A stretch of DNA of 64,000 nt from Hypanus sabinus (taxonomy: Eukaryota). The notes under the pieces are model-generated. The model had not been told where the DNA came from, searched no databases, and saw only the letters and a program-made list of their open reading frames with translations. Below, piece by piece: positions 62,660 to 64,000 of the stretch (positions within the stretch are counted from its first letter, which is position 1; every line of letters starts with the position of its first letter). Made by a program: the position numbers and the translations under genes. Where the stretch lies: positions 66,836,001 to 66,900,000 of the forward strand of contig NC_082716.1 of the NCBI RefSeq assembly GCF_030144855.1, in the 5' to 3' direction.

Positions 62660-64000
62660 ATAACAAAAATGGCAGAAGCAAACCAAACAAGAAGTGTAGA
62701 CAATATGGGGTGGAGTATCTGAAAGGTGGATTTATACGAACACCAAGTAACCAACAGCAGTCAATGTGTCTGTTGTGTGATTTTTTTGTCAAATGAGGCA
62801 ATGAAACCATCCAGGCTCCATGAACATTTGAAGAGAATACACTGATTAAGCAAACTGGAACTTAGATTATGTTCAACACACACAATCCAGCATCTGTGGA
62901 TTTGTTTGTGCTTGGTTGATGTTCAGTCACTTCGTGAAAACGTTTAAAAATGGAAAACACAATAAAATGATTGTCAGCATTTCACAACAAAACTGATGGT
63001 TTGTATGCTTTACACATTTCATTGCTCATTGCTAAATCTGGAAAGCCTTATACAGTTGTAGAAGAACTGCTTCTGCCAGCAGTAAGGAAGCCTCTGTGTA
63101 CAGATTTGCATAGGTCACCAGACCAAATAACTAAAGTGATTCGGCAGAGCGACAACTCTGTTCAAAGATGAATAAATGTGATGTCTGAGAATGTGGAAGA
63201 CCCATTATGCAACAACAGAATTTGCTCTGCAGTTGGATGAGTCAACTTTGCCAAGCAAAGTAACTTTGCTTCTTGTTTAGGTTTACTTCATAAAAGATGA
63301 AAGCACAGTTCAGGAGTAGTTATTTGCAAGGGGATTAGTACAGGTACAAAAAGGAAGTCAATATTTCAGGTTGATGGGTAATTTTTCTTAAAAGAGGACA
63401 TTCTGCTCACCAACATTCTCACTTGTCCAACAGGTGGGGCACCAACAATGACAGGATGCCACTGTGGAGTTATTACTTTCTTGAAAAAAGCTGTAGCTAA
63501 TAAATTTACCATTCACTATATAATTCACAGACAACAATTTAACAAAAAAAAACCCAAGTGATTGGTTGCACAAATCATTAAATACTGCTATCACAGCAGT
63601 AAATAAAATCAAGTTCTATGCTCTCAACTATCTCAAGAGCTTTGCATTGAGAACGACAATGAACAGTTTGAATGCATGCTGTTGCACAGCAGAAGTGAGG
63701 TGGCTCTGCAAAAGATGACTGCCTGAGATATTTGAAACAGTGACTAAATACTTTGAAGACTTGAACTCTTCATTCAGTAAACAACTCCAGAATATTAGGC
63801 ATGACTTTGCTTATTTATCAGAATTATTTGCAAAATTTCATGTAGTAATACTTTAGATGCAAGGAAATTATGTGAATCTTAGTCAAATCAGTTGTCTCCA
63901 CATTTCTGTCCAGTTAACCCTATTTAAGTGCAACATTGGCTGTTATGGCTTTTCCAATTTCCACTCCTCTCTGAATTGAAAGAAGAAGAAATATCATATG
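62660..64000 (+). mobile_element. Degenerate hAT Charlie/Buster-type transposase (ZBED5/SCAND3-like), running off the window edge
   Basis: BED-finger remnant CRQY..EYLK.GF...MCLLC...SNEAMKPSRLHEHL; SLLIAKSGKPYTVVEELLLPA; SDNSVQR; FALQLDESTL; multiple stops and frameshifts. Confidence 0.85.

Noticed and set aside
62660-64000. Domesticated ZBED5/SCAND3-like gene
   Set aside because: Multiple stops and frameshifts and an inserted repeat piece (~62875-62910); this is a decayed transposon.

Overview
Vertebrate genomic DNA, very probably a cartilaginous fish (ray/shark). That assignment is inferred from the repeat mix of CR1, Rex1/Babar and abundant Penelope pLTR-derived repeats. The main gene is a complete 18-exon NDC1 (TMEM48, transmembrane nucleoporin) on the + strand: CDS 13013-41335, 2061 nt, 686 aa, all introns GT-AG and phase-consistent. 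It sits behind a CpG-rich promoter carrying CRE, YY1-like, E2F-like and CDE/CHR-like motifs. Downstream and convergent is an intact single-coding-exon gene on the - strand (53413-54228, 271 aa) for a coiled-coil protein I do not recognise. It has an LC8/DYNLL-type DKCIQT motif, and several RFX X-box-like sites plus a MYB site lie upstream, suggesting a ciliary or spermatogenic protein. Upstream of NDC1 is an old defective class III (ERV-S/ERV-L-like) provirus with two diverged LTRs and a tRNA-Ser-like PBS. The rest is mostly degraded or nested transposons (Gypsy, L1, CR1, Rex1/Babar, Penelope with hammerhead-ribozyme-like cores, Tigger/pogo, hAT). There are also a near-perfect 125-bp intronic hairpin and a 178-bp local duplication at a LINE junction. 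Homology calls come from recognising motifs by eye, not from database searches, and most TE boundaries are approximate.
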